This document shows positions 28,884-38,969 of a DNA stretch of 64,000 nucleotides, one piece after another. Made by a program: the position numbers and the translations under genes. This DNA is from Candidatus Nanopelagicales bacterium (GTDB lineage Bacteria > Actinomycetota > Actinomycetes > S36-B12 > UBA5976). The stretch covers positions 34,964-98,963 of the forward strand of contig JAOATY010000043.1 of assembly GCA_030157865.1 (NCBI GenBank), in the 5' to 3' direction. The notes under the pieces are model-generated. The model was not told where the DNA came from, did not search any database, and saw only the letters and a list, made by a program, of their open reading frames with translations. Each line of letters opens with the position of its first letter. The stretch's first letter is position 1.

Positions 28884-29519
28884 TTATCCAAGTGAAATAG
28901 GTAGTGGGACTGCCAGAGTTTGATCACCTGGAGTTGTGATCAAGTTACTTGGATCCCAAGTACCGAATCTTGGATTTAGCTCAACACCTAATTCATCACT
29001 TAATGCAGTTAGGTAATCGGTCATTGCTATGAATTGAGTTTGATTGTCAGCACCTGGCGCAAGTTTTTCCATCAGGATTCGCTGGATCATAATCTCACGC
29101 ATGAATCCTTCAACATCATCTGCTGGCACCGCATTTTGGGAAACTAGCTGTGCTTCGATGGTTTCTTTCGCATACTGCGCAAACACTTCGTCGCGGTAAG
29201 CCTCAACGTCGCGCTGAGTTACATTGATACCTTCGCGAGCTACGGCTTCTTCAAACAGTGCTGCTCGAATAAAGTGATCGACTGCGCGTTGATTGATTTG
29301 AATCAAACTTGGAACTTCACTAATAAGTGAAGGGTCAGTAACTTGAATCTGAGCGCGAACCTTGTCCACGCGATCTGCAACTGACGAGGCAGGAACTACG
29401 TTGCCGTTGATTACAACTGCGCTGCCAGCAAGCTTTGGCGAATCAGAGCATCCGGTTAAAACTGCAACACCTAGAACTATGGTTGCAACTAAACGAAGTT
29501 TCACAGATGTTCCTTTCAA
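28884..29519 (-). CDS. Lipoprotein with SurA-N-terminal-like chaperone domain
   Basis: 211 aa. Lipobox VLTGCS after the signal peptide; helical SurA_N-like body. The mfd-(lipoprotein)-mazG order is seen in other actinobacteria (from memory). Confidence 0.6.
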   Translation of the reverse strand: MKGTSVKLRLVATIVLGVAVLTGCSDSPKLAGSAVVINGNVVPASSVADRVDKVRAQIQVTDPSLISEVPSLIQINQRAVDHFIRAALFEEAVAREGINVTQRDVEAYRDEVFAQYAKETIEAQLVSQNAVPADDVEGFMREIMIQRILMEKLAPGADNQTQFIAMTDYLTALSDELGVELNPRFGTWDPSNLITTPGDQTLAVPLPISLG

Positions 29520-29539
29520 GAACCAACCTTTTAATTTTA

Positions 29540-32500
29540 TTATGAAGATGCAACCACTGATGACACCCAGGTATTAACCCACTCAACGAGGTCGATATCT
29601 GCTGCCTGGCTCGCTGATCCAAGCATTGCGCCCTTTGGTCGAGGCACCACAATCGTACGAGTTGCAGGCTTTATTACTGATCCTGGATACAACCGGTTTA
29701 AGCGCATGACTTTGGATTCCGGAAGTTCAACTGGGGAAAACTTCACATGGCTGGAGGTAGCAATTACTTCCGTTATGCCAACAGCTTGCAGCGAGACTCG
29801 CAATCGGGCGATCGAAACTAAGGTTTCAACCGGTGCTGGCATTGAACCGTAACGGTCTGCTAATTCTTCGACAACGCCAGTAACATCTTCATTTGTTCGA
29901 GCATCCGCCAATCTGCGATAAGCCTCGAGGCGAAGTCGTTCTTCTGGAACGTAATTGTGAGGCAGGTGAGCATCAACTGGAAGTTCAACCTTCACGACTT
30001 CTTCAACTACGGCTGCGCCGCCAGTCTTAACTTCTTCAACTGCTTCACTAACTAGACGTACGTAAAGATCAAAACCAACATCGGCAATGTGGCCACTTTG
30101 TTCCCCACCAAGTAAGTTGCCAGCTCCACGAATTTCCAGATCCTTCATGGCAACTGCCATGCCTGAACCCAAATCGGTATGCGCTGCAATCGTAGAAAGG
30201 CGATCGTGAGCATTCTCGCTAAGAGGTTTATCAGCCTGGTACAAGAAGTAGGCATATCCACGTTCCCGACTTCGACCAACGCGACCGCGCAACTGATGTA
30301 ACTGTGACAAACCAAATGTGTCAGCGCGGTCGACAATCAAAGTGTTGGCATTTGGGATATCCAGTCCACTTTCAATAATTGTGGTGGAAACCAAAATGTC
30401 GTACTTGTGTTCCCAGAAGTCAACAATGATTTGTTCCAAAGTGTTTTCATGCATCTGTCCATGAGCTACTGCAATCCGCGCTTCTGGAACTAACTCCGCT
30501 AACTTGCTGGCGACTCGGTTGATACTTTCTACCCGATTGTGAACGAAGAAGATTTGGCCATCGCGAATAAGTTCGCGGTGAATTGCCGCGGTGATGAATT
30601 TTTCGTCATACGGACCAACAGTGGTCAACACTGGATGACGTTCTTCCGGTGGTGTTTGAATCGTAGACATCTCGCGCAATCCTGTGACAGCCATTTCCAG
30701 GGTACGTGGGATTGGCGTTGCAGACATCGTGAGCATGTCAACGTTGGTACGAAGTGCCTTGAGGTGTTCTTTATGCTCAACACCAAATCTTTGTTCTTCA
30801 TCGACAATTACTAAACCAAGATCCTTAAAGCGAACCTCTGGATTAAATAAGCGATGCGTACCGATAACCATGTCAATTGAGCCATCGGTAATTCCACTGA
30901 TTACTTCGCGGACTTGAGCATCCGTTTGGAATCTGGATAGCGCAGCTAACTTGATTGGGAACTGTGCGTATCTGCGAGAGAAGGTTTCAAAGTGCTGCTG
31001 AACTAACAGAGTTGTAGGAACCAGGATTGCAACTTGCTTGCCATCCTGAACCGCTTTGAAAGCGGCGCGTACTGCAATTTCAGTTTTGCCGTAACCGACA
31101 TCGCCACAAACTAAACGATCCATTGGAATGTCGTTTTCCATGTCTCGTTTAACTTCTTCGATCGTGACAAGTTGATCCGGGGTTTCGACATACTCAAACG
31201 CATCTTCAAGTTCGCGTTGCCAAGGACTATCTGGCGAAAATGCAAAGCCCTTACTTGCCATGCGAGCTGCGTAGAGGCGAATCAACTCACCAGCAATTTG
31301 TCGGACTGCGCGACGGGCACGAGATTTAGTGGCTGCCCAATCGCCGCCGCCAAGTCGGTTTAGTGAAGGTGCTTCGCCGCCGACGTATCGCGTTACTTGG
31401 TCTAGCTGGTCACTTGGAACATAAAGACGGTCCCCACGCTGGCCCCGCTTACTTGCTGCATATTCGATAACTAAATATTCACGAGTGGCATTTGAAACTG
31501 TTCGCTGTGACATCTCGATGTATCTGCCGACACCATGCTGTTCGTGCACAACATAATCACCGCTCTTTAGTGTCAGCGGATCAATTACAACTCGGCGCTT
31601 ACTTGGAAGCGAACGATTTTCTTTTGAGGCATCTCGACTGCCAAAAAGGTCAACTTCAGTAACTAGAACTAAGCCAGCAGATATAACTTCAATGCCAGCA
31701 TCTTGATGACCGACTGTTACTTCAATTACTTGCTCAGTTAAATCAGGAGTGAGTTCTTCGGTTTGGCGAGCTGGAATTCCAAACTCCATCAGGGTTGCAA
31801 CTAATCGCTCCGTTGAACCGTGACCTGCCATAGACACAACAACGCGGTTGCCGGCCTTCCACCAATTGCGAACATCAGTTACGAAGTCTTCGATTTTTGA
31901 GCGGTAATCAGTGGTTGCCTCAATGCCTGGCGCTTCATCTTCTGGTCCTGCCAATGTGGTCAGTCCAAGCCAGGCATGTGAATTGGAATTGTCTCGAAGG
32001 TCTCGATAATCCCGAAACGCACTTGCTTCTAGATCAATCGGAGTTACGTTTCCAGCGGTGGCATTACTCCACGAAGCTTCCAAAAACTCAGTGCTGGTAG
32101 AAACCAATTCATGTGCGCGAGTTTCTAAACGCTCTGGTTCGGCCTCAATGATTACTGAATTCGCAGCAACCACATCCAGAAGCATTTCAAGCTTTGGTAC
32201 AAGGACTGGAATCAAACTTTCCATACCCTCGGCAGCAATTCCAGCAGCAATCTTTTCCAACATCTCAGATAGCTCTGGGTGATCGCTGATCATGCTTGCT
32301 GCTTTTGCCGATACCGATTCAGTTATCAAGAGTTCGCGACAAGCCGTTGCAAAGATTCGATCAACGGCAATTCCTAGTGAGCGTTGATCGGCAATCGAGA
32401 ACGCACGAATCTCTTCAACCGTGTCACCCCAGAATTCAACACGAAGTGGGTGTTCTAACGCTGGCGGAAACAAGTCAACGATTCCACCACGAACTGCAAA

Positions 32501-33022
32501 TTGTCCTCGTCGATCAACTAGATCGACCCGATCAAATCCCAGTCGAGAAAGTTCAGAAACTAGTTGCTCTAGAGAAAAGTCATCGCCAGTTGCAATGTTC
32601 AGCGCTGGGACATCACCTAGTCCGGCCACGATCGGTTGGATGAAGGCACGAGCACTTGTTACCAATACTGAAATCGGAGCAACTTCATTTGGGTGAGCCA
32701 GTCGGCGCAAGACTGACATTCGCCGACCGACTGTGTCACTGCTGGGACTTAGGCGTTCGTGCGGCAAAGTTTCCCAAGCTGGAAACACTGCAATGTTTTC
32801 TTCCGGAACAAAATCTCTAAGTGAGTTAGCTAAGTCCTGGGCTGCTCGCTCAGTTGCTGCGATCAAAACGACTGGTCGAGTTTTAGCAACGGCCGCAGAG
32901 ACGTATGGGATTGCACTTTTGGTTACGGCAAGACGAACTTTAAGTCCGGCTTCTAAATCTGACAATGCGCCTTGGACAATCTGATCTTTAGCGATTGCCT
33001 CGCTTACTAACTTCAGTGTCAT
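29540..33022 (-). CDS. mfd: Transcription-repair coupling factor
   Basis: 1160 aa. UvrB-homology N-terminus, CarD-like RNAP-interaction domain (GDYVVHEQHGVGRY), superfamily-2 helicase motifs (GDVGYGKTE, DEEQRFG, TATPIPRT), TRG motif and C-terminal D7. Confidence 0.95.
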   Translation of the reverse strand: MTLKLVSEAIAKDQIVQGALSDLEAGLKVRLAVTKSAIPYVSAAVAKTRPVVLIAATERAAQDLANSLRDFVPEENIAVFPAWETLPHERLSPSSDTVGRRMSVLRRLAHPNEVAPISVLVTSARAFIQPIVAGLGDVPALNIATGDDFSLEQLVSELSRLGFDRVDLVDRRGQFAVRGGIVDLFPPALEHPLRVEFWGDTVEEIRAFSIADQRSLGIAVDRIFATACRELLITESVSAKAASMISDHPELSEMLEKIAAGIAAEGMESLIPVLVPKLEMLLDVVAANSVIIEAEPERLETRAHELVSTSTEFLEASWSNATAGNVTPIDLEASAFRDYRDLRDNSNSHAWLGLTTLAGPEDEAPGIEATTDYRSKIEDFVTDVRNWWKAGNRVVVSMAGHGSTERLVATLMEFGIPARQTEELTPDLTEQVIEVTVGHQDAGIEVISAGLVLVTEVDLFGSRDASKENRSLPSKRRVVIDPLTLKSGDYVVHEQHGVGRYIEMSQRTVSNATREYLVIEYAASKRGQRGDRLYVPSDQLDQVTRYVGGEAPSLNRLGGGDWAATKSRARRAVRQIAGELIRLYAARMASKGFAFSPDSPWQRELEDAFEYVETPDQLVTIEEVKRDMENDIPMDRLVCGDVGYGKTEIAVRAAFKAVQDGKQVAILVPTTLLVQQHFETFSRRYAQFPIKLAALSRFQTDAQVREVISGITDGSIDMVIGTHRLFNPEVRFKDLGLVIVDEEQRFGVEHKEHLKALRTNVDMLTMSATPIPRTLEMAVTGLREMSTIQTPPEERHPVLTTVGPYDEKFITAAIHRELIRDGQIFFVHNRVESINRVASKLAELVPEARIAVAHGQMHENTLEQIIVDFWEHKYDILVSTTIIESGLDIPNANTLIVDRADTFGLSQLHQLRGRVGRSRERGYAYFLYQADKPLSENAHDRLSTIAAHTDLGSGMAVAMKDLEIRGAGNLLGGEQSGHIADVGFDLYVRLVSEAVEEVKTGGAAVVEEVVKVELPVDAHLPHNYVPEERLRLEAYRRLADARTNEDVTGVVEELADRYGSMPAPVETLVSIARLRVSLQAVGITEVIATSSHVKFSPVELPESKVMRLNRLYPGSVIKPATRTIVVPRPKGAMLGSASQAADIDLVEWVNTWVSSVVASS

Positions 33023-33825
33023 TTTTTATTCAACGCCGAAACAATTGTTGCAGTTAACTCAGGACGGCAAATCAAAATGTCTTTAACTTTCAAATTCACT
33101 TTGTTTAACTCAATTGGATTGCCACTGCAGTCCGTTACAGATAATCCGTTGTGGACCGCGATTCCGAGCGGCGCTGCTAAGTCCCACTCATAGAAGCCAC
33201 CTGAGTTGAAATACGCATCCGCAGTATCGGCCAAGATGGCTCCGACTTTTGCGCCAACTGAACCCATTGGGATTACTTCCACGCTTCCGCGTTCCGGAAA
33301 GGCTTCTTCAAGTTTTTGGATTACTGCGCCTATTTCGCGAGGTGGTCGACTACGAGATACCAGGATTCGAATTGGTGAACCGTTTGGTTGGTAGCGCTGC
33401 ATTGGTTCATCCATTGACCAAAGTTCATTGCGGGACGGGACAGCAACACTGGCAACGCTGATCTGGCTCGGCGCTGACGAGCTCGCTTCCCAAAGCGCGA
33501 TGTGAACCGCAAAGTCGTCACCACCGCTTGAGTACTGCGCAGTGCCATCTAATGGATCAATAATCCATACGCGTTCAGCACTGAGGCGCGCAACTTCTAA
33601 GTCGCCTTCTTCGCTGAGTACAACATCTTCTGGGCGATGGGCGGAAAACTGCTCCATTAGGTAATCGTGGGCAACTCGATCGCCTTCACTGCCCAGCACT
33701 TCTTGTGCCAAAACTGAATGTGTTTCATCTTCATTGCCTTGCAAACTTGCTGCATGCTTACGCAGCCCAACAAGTAATGTGCCAGTTTCTCGAGCAAGTT
33801 TTCGAGCTAACTCATGGTCGTTCAT
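33019..33825 (-). CDS. Inositol monophosphatase-family phosphatase (CysQ/IMPase-like)
   Basis: 268 aa. Motifs VLSEEG and WIIDPLDGT (metal-binding). 4-nt overlaps with pth upstream and mfd downstream. Confidence 0.8.
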   Translation of the reverse strand: MNDHELARKLARETGTLLVGLRKHAASLQGNEDETHSVLAQEVLGSEGDRVAHDYLMEQFSAHRPEDVVLSEEGDLEVARLSAERVWIIDPLDGTAQYSSGGDDFAVHIALWEASSSAPSQISVASVAVPSRNELWSMDEPMQRYQPNGSPIRILVSRSRPPREIGAVIQKLEEAFPERGSVEVIPMGSVGAKVGAILADTADAYFNSGGFYEWDLAAPLGIAVHNGLSVTDCSGNPIELNKVNLKVKDILICRPELTATIVSALNKK

Positions 33826-34400
33826 GAGTTATACAAATTCTGGGTTTCAACTAATCCTTTGGTGATTAATGCTGAAACTGCTTCGCAACCTTGCGATTTC
33901 AAAATTTCAACATCTGTACTTTCAGCGCTTCCAAAATTACGCAGAACAAAATCTGCTGGATCTTGTTGTCCAGGAGGTCTGCCGATACCTAGGCGGATTC
34001 GGAACCAATCGCCACTGCCCATCGTAGAGCGAATGGATTTCAAGCCGTTGTGTCCGTTGTCGCCGCCGCCAAGTTTTACGCGAATGGCAGCAAGTGGGAT
34101 ATCTAGTTCATCGTGAAGCACGATGATTTGCTCAGGTGAGACTTTATAGAACTTAGCAAGTGCTTTTACTGGTCCACCAGATTCATTCATGTATGAAAGT
34201 GGCTTAACTAAAATAACTTGGGCTCCACCAATTCGCGTTTCGCAAACATCGGCAAGAGCTCGTTTATGTCGCGTTAACTTTTCAGAATTTTGTGAAACCA
34301 GTGCATCGATGACCATGGCCCCGATGTTGTGGCGCGTAGATGCATAAGTGGGACCCGGGTTACCGAGTCCCACTACAAGCCATGCACCGTTTTCTGACAC
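33822..34400 (-). CDS. pth: Peptidyl-tRNA hydrolase
   Basis: WLVVGLGNPGPTYASTRHNIGAMV is the Pth N-terminal signature. The ORF-track start at 34616 adds a Gln-rich read-through of the rplY tail in another frame. I use the GTG at 34400, 4 nt after the rplY stop. Confidence 0.9.
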   Translation of the reverse strand: MSENGAWLVVGLGNPGPTYASTRHNIGAMVIDALVSQNSEKLTRHKRALADVCETRIGGAQVILVKPLSYMNESGGPVKALAKFYKVSPEQIIVLHDELDIPLAAIRVKLGGGDNGHNGLKSIRSTMGSGDWFRIRLGIGRPPGQQDPADFVLRNFGSAESTDVEILKSQGCEAVSALITKGLVETQNLYNS

Positions 34401-34404
34401 GGTA

Positions 34405-34875
34405 TTACTCTGCTGATTCCTCTGCAGGTGCTGCTTCAGCTGCTGCTGGAGCTGACTTCTCAGCTTCGTTAGCTGCCTGTAGGTCTGCACGAGTTGCAGC
34501 CTTAGCTGCTGCTGCTTCTGCTGCTGCATTGATCTTGGCTTCTGCTGCGGCGTTAGCTTCAACTGCTTCACGTGCAAGTGTTGCTGCTTCTGCTGCAGAT
34601 ACAAGAACAAGGTCAACGTGTTCTAGGCCGCGAGTTACTGGATCGATCTGGATGTCGCGAGGTGAAACAGTTTCAACCTTGCCATCCAAAGAGATATCGA
34701 ATGATGTGACCTTCTTGCGAAGGGTCAGGCGTAGTTCGTGTGCATCAAGTGCAACGTGTACTGCCTTTGATCCGTGTCCGTAAACAACGGCTGGGGTCTT
34801 GCCATCGCGACGTAGGCGACGTGCGGCTCCCTTGCCGAAATCGGAACGGGCTTCTGCGACTAATGCGTCAGACAT
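34405..34875 (-). CDS. rplY: 50S ribosomal protein L25 (Ctc form) with Ala/Glu-rich tail
   Basis: FGKGAARRLRRDGKTPAVVYGHG is the L25/Ctc N-terminus. The C-terminal ~70 aa are an A/E-rich low-complexity region encoded by GCTGCT-type repeats. prs-rplY-pth order. Confidence 0.85.
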   Translation of the reverse strand: MSDALVAEARSDFGKGAARRLRRDGKTPAVVYGHGSKAVHVALDAHELRLTLRKKVTSFDISLDGKVETVSPRDIQIDPVTRGLEHVDLVLVSAAEAATLAREAVEANAAAEAKINAAAEAAAAKAATRADLQAANEAEKSAPAAAEAAPAEESAE

Positions 34876-35041
34876 ATATTTCTCCTCGAGTTAGGTCATT
34901 GATGGATAGCTCCACAACGGACCTTCGTCGATAACGGCTTTTTAGGGCCCTCGCCGAGGAGCATCCCTAGGTTAGCCCAGGTCAGTACCCAAGGCCAAAA
35001 CGAGCGAAATTACTGAACTTAACTGACCTATGAAGGACTAA

Positions 35042-36022
35042 TTAAACGCCAACATGGTCAAACAGGCTGGCAACTGAACCTTCGTCGAATACTTCCTTGA
35101 TAGCTCGCGCAAGCAGCGGTGCGATCGGAAGGATTGTTAGATTTGGGAATTGATTCTCAACTGGAATTGGAAGTGTGTCAGTTACAACTACTTCACGGAT
35201 TCCCGAATCCTGTAAACGCTGTGCGGCAGGTGAGGAGAAAATTCCGTGAGTTGCAGTAACGATGACATCAGATGCGCCATTTTCGAATAGTGCTTCCGAA
35301 GCTTTAACGATGGTGCCACCGGTATCGATCATGTCGTCAACAACAACACAGATGCGATCCTTAACGTCACCAACTACTTCAAGTACCTTGGCTTCGTTTG
35401 GAACATCTGGATCGCGACGCTTGTGCATGATTGCAAGTGGTGCACCCAAAATGTCTGTCCAACGCTCAGCTACACGCACACGACCTGCATCTGGAGAAAC
35501 AACAGTGATCTTGTCGCGGTCAACACTGCGACCAACATGTGCCGCAAGAATTGGCAATGCGAACAAGTGATCAACTGGTCCGTCAAAGAAACCTTGAATC
35601 TGGGCAGTGTGAAGATCCACGCTCATTAACCGATCAGCGCCAGCGGTGGCGAAAAGATCTGCCATCAAACGTGCTGAGATTGGTTCGCGGCCAGCGTGCT
35701 TCTTATCTTGACGAGCGTAACCATAGAACGGTGCAACTACAGTGATTCGCTTAGCCGAGGCACGCTTTAACGCATCGACCATAAGTAAGTGCTCCATGAT
35801 CCATTCATTAACTGGAGCTGTGTGAGTTTGAAGTACGAACACATCGCACCCACGAATGGATTCTTCGAAGCGAACAAAGATTTCACCATTTGCAAAGTTG
35901 TAAGCGCGGGTAGGAACCAACTCAACACCAAGGTTGTCGGCTACTGCTTGCGCGAGTTCAGGATGTGACCGGCCTGCGATAAGAACCATCCGCTTTGCAT
36001 TGTTTTGCGTGATGCCAGTCAT
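35042..36022 (-). CDS. prs: Ribose-phosphate pyrophosphokinase
   Basis: 326 aa. DLHTAQIQGFF, the VVDDMIDTGGT PRPP loop and the N-terminal GRSHPELA. Confidence 0.95.
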   Translation of the reverse strand: MTGITQNNAKRMVLIAGRSHPELAQAVADNLGVELVPTRAYNFANGEIFVRFEESIRGCDVFVLQTHTAPVNEWIMEHLLMVDALKRASAKRITVVAPFYGYARQDKKHAGREPISARLMADLFATAGADRLMSVDLHTAQIQGFFDGPVDHLFALPILAAHVGRSVDRDKITVVSPDAGRVRVAERWTDILGAPLAIMHKRRDPDVPNEAKVLEVVGDVKDRICVVVDDMIDTGGTIVKASEALFENGASDVIVTATHGIFSSPAAQRLQDSGIREVVVTDTLPIPVENQFPNLTILPIAPLLARAIKEVFDEGSVASLFDHVGV

Positions 36023-36032
36023 CTAATTTCCT

Positions 36033-37478
36033 TTACTTGGAGTTCTTATGGGATGAGTCTGCCAGTGCGGCCTTAGCCGAGTCGCTACCGGGTCTACGTC
36101 GAAGCACCCAGTCGACAATGTTGCGCTGGCGAGCTCGGCCTACAGCCATGGATCCAGCCGGAACGTCTTCGGTGATTACCGAGCCAGCTGCGGTGTAGGC
36201 GCCATCGCCAATTACCAGCGGAGCAACCAGCATGGTGTCGCTGCCTATGCGCACATGGCTGCCAACTTGAGTGTGGTGCTTTTCTTGACCGTCGTAATTA
36301 ACAAATACAGTTGCGGCGCCAATGTTGGTGCCTTCGCCGATAGTGGCGTCACCAACATAAGAAAGGTGAGGCACTTTGGCATTTGCACCAAGGTTGGCGT
36401 TCTTCATTTCTACGAATCCACCAGCTTTGGCGCCAGCTCCAAGGACCGTGCCAGGACGTAGGTAGGTATATGGACCAACGCTTGCACCTTCACCAATCAC
36501 GGCGCCATTTGAAGTCGTGCGAATTACTGTTGCGCAATGGTCAGCAACGGTGTCGTGCAGTGAGCAATCAGGTCCGATCGTTGAGCCACCGCGAATTGTG
36601 CTGGCTCCGGTAATTGAAACGTTCGGCAACAGAGTAACATCTGGCTCCAGCACAGCAGTGCGATCAATCCAAACTGAATTTGGATCCACCATAGTTACAC
36701 CTGCCATCATCCATTCATGGTTAATGCGGTTTCGAAGAATTGCGCCAGCTTCTGCAAGTTGACGGCGATCATTAACGCCCAAGATATTTTCTTCTACCGT
36801 GGCAACTGCCGAAACTTCATGGCCGTCATTGCGCAAGATTTCCAGAACATCGGTTAAGTACTGCTCACCTTGTGAATTATCAGTTTTAAGTTTTGCAAGA
36901 CTCTCACGTAGAAGTTTTGCATCGAAAGCATAAACGCCAGAGTTAACTTCAGTAATTAAAAGTTCGGCAGCTGACGCATCACGATGTTCCACAATCTTTT
37001 CAAAATCATCGCTGGCATTTCGAACAATGCGTCCATAGCCAGTTGCATCGGCCAAGTGCGCAGTTAGCACGGCTGCTGACTTTCCGTTGAGTGCAGCAAG
37101 CGTTAACTGCATATCTGCTGTTGTCAGAAGTGGAGTATCGCCAGCTAAAACCAAAACTGGTCCGGAAAGTTCACCAAGGGCATCCAGTGCGATCTTGACT
37201 GCGTGGCCAGTACCGTTTTGTTCTTCCTGGACCGCGGTAACGACGGCTGGGTGGGTCTTGCTCAAATGATCTTTAACCTGATCGCGACCATGTCCAACAA
37301 TTACTAATGTCTTTTCCGCATTCAATTCAGCTGCAGAGCGCAAAACATGATCAACCAAAGCCAGCCCCAAAACTTCATGCAGAACTTTTGGTTTTGTGGA
37401 TTTCATGCGGGTGCCAGCACCGGCAGCTAGGACAATTACGGCAGCGGGCTTAGAAGTTTGCGCGCCCGTTGATTTCAC
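36033..37478 (-). CDS. glmU: Bifunctional UDP-N-acetylglucosamine pyrophosphorylase / glucosamine-1-phosphate N-acetyltransferase
   Basis: 481 aa. LAAGAGTRMKS nucleotidyltransferase motif, followed by left-handed beta-helix hexapeptide repeats. Confidence 0.95.
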   Translation of the reverse strand: MKSTGAQTSKPAAVIVLAAGAGTRMKSTKPKVLHEVLGLALVDHVLRSAAELNAEKTLVIVGHGRDQVKDHLSKTHPAVVTAVQEEQNGTGHAVKIALDALGELSGPVLVLAGDTPLLTTADMQLTLAALNGKSAAVLTAHLADATGYGRIVRNASDDFEKIVEHRDASAAELLITEVNSGVYAFDAKLLRESLAKLKTDNSQGEQYLTDVLEILRNDGHEVSAVATVEENILGVNDRRQLAEAGAILRNRINHEWMMAGVTMVDPNSVWIDRTAVLEPDVTLLPNVSITGASTIRGGSTIGPDCSLHDTVADHCATVIRTTSNGAVIGEGASVGPYTYLRPGTVLGAGAKAGGFVEMKNANLGANAKVPHLSYVGDATIGEGTNIGAATVFVNYDGQEKHHTQVGSHVRIGSDTMLVAPLVIGDGAYTAAGSVITEDVPAGSMAVGRARQRNIVDWVLRRRPGSDSAKAALADSSHKNSK

Positions 37479-37504
37479 ATACTTAGTTTACTGTTTCGAA
37501 CTTG

Positions 37505-37575
37505 CTCCCGGACGTGGATTCGAACCACGATAAGCACCTCCAAAGAGTGCTGTCCTGCCATTAGACGATCCGGGA
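37505..37575 (-). tRNA. tRNA-Gln (anticodon UUG)
   Basis: The reverse strand reads TCCCGGATCGTCTAATGGCAGGACAGCACTCTTTGGAGGTGCTTATCGTGGTTCGAATCCACGTCCGGGAG. Anticodon loop CTTTGGA. Lies upstream of glmU as in mycobacteria. CCA is not encoded. Confidence 0.88.
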
Positions 37576-37607
37576 ATGCCGACCTAGGTAAGCCTTGGCC
37601 TGCCTGC

Positions 37608-37653
37608 AAATCCTATTCGCCAAAGGGCAAGATTCCCAAAACGAATAGGATTT
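37608..37653. promoter_or_regulatory. Perfect 12-bp inverted repeat between tRNA-Gln and the TetR gene
   Basis: AAATCCTATTCG (37608-37619) and CGAATAGGATTT (37642-37653) are separated by 22 nt, which itself contains GGG..CCC. Confidence 0.4.
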
Positions 37654-37686
37654 CGCTCACCTTCATACCGATTTGCGCAGGAGCCA

Positions 37687-38439
37687 GTGACTAATTTTGT
37701 ACGCGGTATCCTAAAAGCGAGCACACCAGACAAAGGAAATTCTGTGGCAATCACACACGATCACGAAAATGACTTGGATCTTTCCGGGCGCTCTCGTGTG
37801 TCTGATGCTGACCGTGTTCGCATGACCGGTCACGAACGACGCGCTCAACTTGTTGAAGTTGGCCGAATGCTGTTTGCGGAAAAAGGATTTGAATCCGTAA
37901 CCGTCGAAGAAATCGCGAATACTGCGAATGTTTCAAAGCCTGTGGTTTATGAACACTTTGGTTCTAAAGATGGCTTATACGCAGTAGTTGTCGATCGTGA
38001 AATGACCTACCTACTTAATTCAATTACAAAAGCTTTGACAGCAGTGCATCCTCGTTTGTTGCTTGAGCAAACTGCTTGTGCGCTATTTGATTACATCGAA
38101 ACCAATACCGATGGTTTCCGAATTTTGTTGCGTGACTCCCCTGCGGCATCTTCATCCGCTACTGCAACTGGCAGCTTTGCCTCGCTGCTTTCCGATGTTG
38201 CCCAGCGAGTAGAAGAATTGCTTTCCAAAGAATTTAAGTTACGCGGCTTTCCATTTCAGATGGCGCCGATGTATGCGCACATGTTCGTAGGAATGGTTGC
38301 GTTAACTGGTCAATGGTGGCTGGATGAACGCGATACTCCAAAGGATGAAGTTATCGCGCACCTTGTGAACTTGGTTTGGAATGGCGCAGTTGGACTTGAA
38401 ATTAATCCAAGATTGATTAGTCGAAGGATCGACGGCTAA
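37687..38439 (+). CDS. TetR/AcrR-family transcriptional regulator
   Basis: HTH VTVEEIANTANVSKPVVYEHFGSKDGLY. The start is uncertain: the GTG at 37687 gives a 45-aa extension, and the ATG at 37822 (MTGHERRAQL) gives a typical ~205-aa TetR. Confidence 0.8.
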   Translation: MTNFVRGILKASTPDKGNSVAITHDHENDLDLSGRSRVSDADRVRMTGHERRAQLVEVGRMLFAEKGFESVTVEEIANTANVSKPVVYEHFGSKDGLYAVVVDREMTYLLNSITKALTAVHPRLLLEQTACALFDYIETNTDGFRILLRDSPAASSSATATGSFASLLSDVAQRVEELLSKEFKLRGFPFQMAPMYAHMFVGMVALTGQWWLDERDTPKDEVIAHLVNLVWNGAVGLEINPRLISRRIDG

Positions 38440-38951
38440 CTTTCAGAGCCTGCTGATTCTTTATCGAACGGCAAAACAATATCTCGCAGCACACTTGCTA
38501 ACTTTTCCCGATCTGCTTTAGTGATCGTGGCCAATAGCGATTTCTCACGAGCTAACAATTCATCGAGCGCACGATCTACTGCAGTCTTTCCAGCCTGAGT
38601 TAACTGAACTAAGACTCCGCGGCCATCCGTTGGATCAGGCATGCGAGCAACTAAGTTCTTGGATTCAAGTCGATCAATGCGATTAGTCATAGTTCCGCTG
38701 GTAACAAGGTTCTGCGAAATCAATGCTGATGGGGTTAGAGCGTAAGGCTTTCCAGTTCTGCGTAACGCAGCCAGCACATCAAACTCGCCTGGCTCGAGAT
38801 CATTGGCAGCGAAAGCTTCGCGGCGGGCGATATCAAGGTGACGTGCGAGACGAGAAACTCGGCTTAATACATGAAGGGGGGCAACATCAAGATCTGGGCG
38901 TTCTTGCTGCCAAGCATCGACAATGCGGTCGACTTCATCTGATGTGCTCAC
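38436..38951 (-). CDS. MarR-family transcriptional regulator
   Basis: 171 aa. Winged HTH (PSALISQNLVTSGTMTNRIDRLESKNLVARMPDPTDGRGVLVQLT). Confidence 0.85.
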   Translation of the reverse strand: MSTSDEVDRIVDAWQQERPDLDVAPLHVLSRVSRLARHLDIARREAFAANDLEPGEFDVLAALRRTGKPYALTPSALISQNLVTSGTMTNRIDRLESKNLVARMPDPTDGRGVLVQLTQAGKTAVDRALDELLAREKSLLATITKADREKLASVLRDIVLPFDKESAGSES

Positions 38952-38969
38952 TTAAGAGAGTCTAGAAGA

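Noticed and set aside
34401-34616. Gln-rich 72-codon extension of pth (ORF-track start at 34616)
   Set aside because: It is an alternative-frame read-through of the GCTGCT-type repeats that encode the Ala/Glu tail of L25. The Pth signature starts right after the GTG at 34400.
34340-34783. 147-aa Ala/Ser-rich + strand ORF
   Set aside because: It is antisense to rplY. The open frame is a by-product of the GCN-repeat composition.
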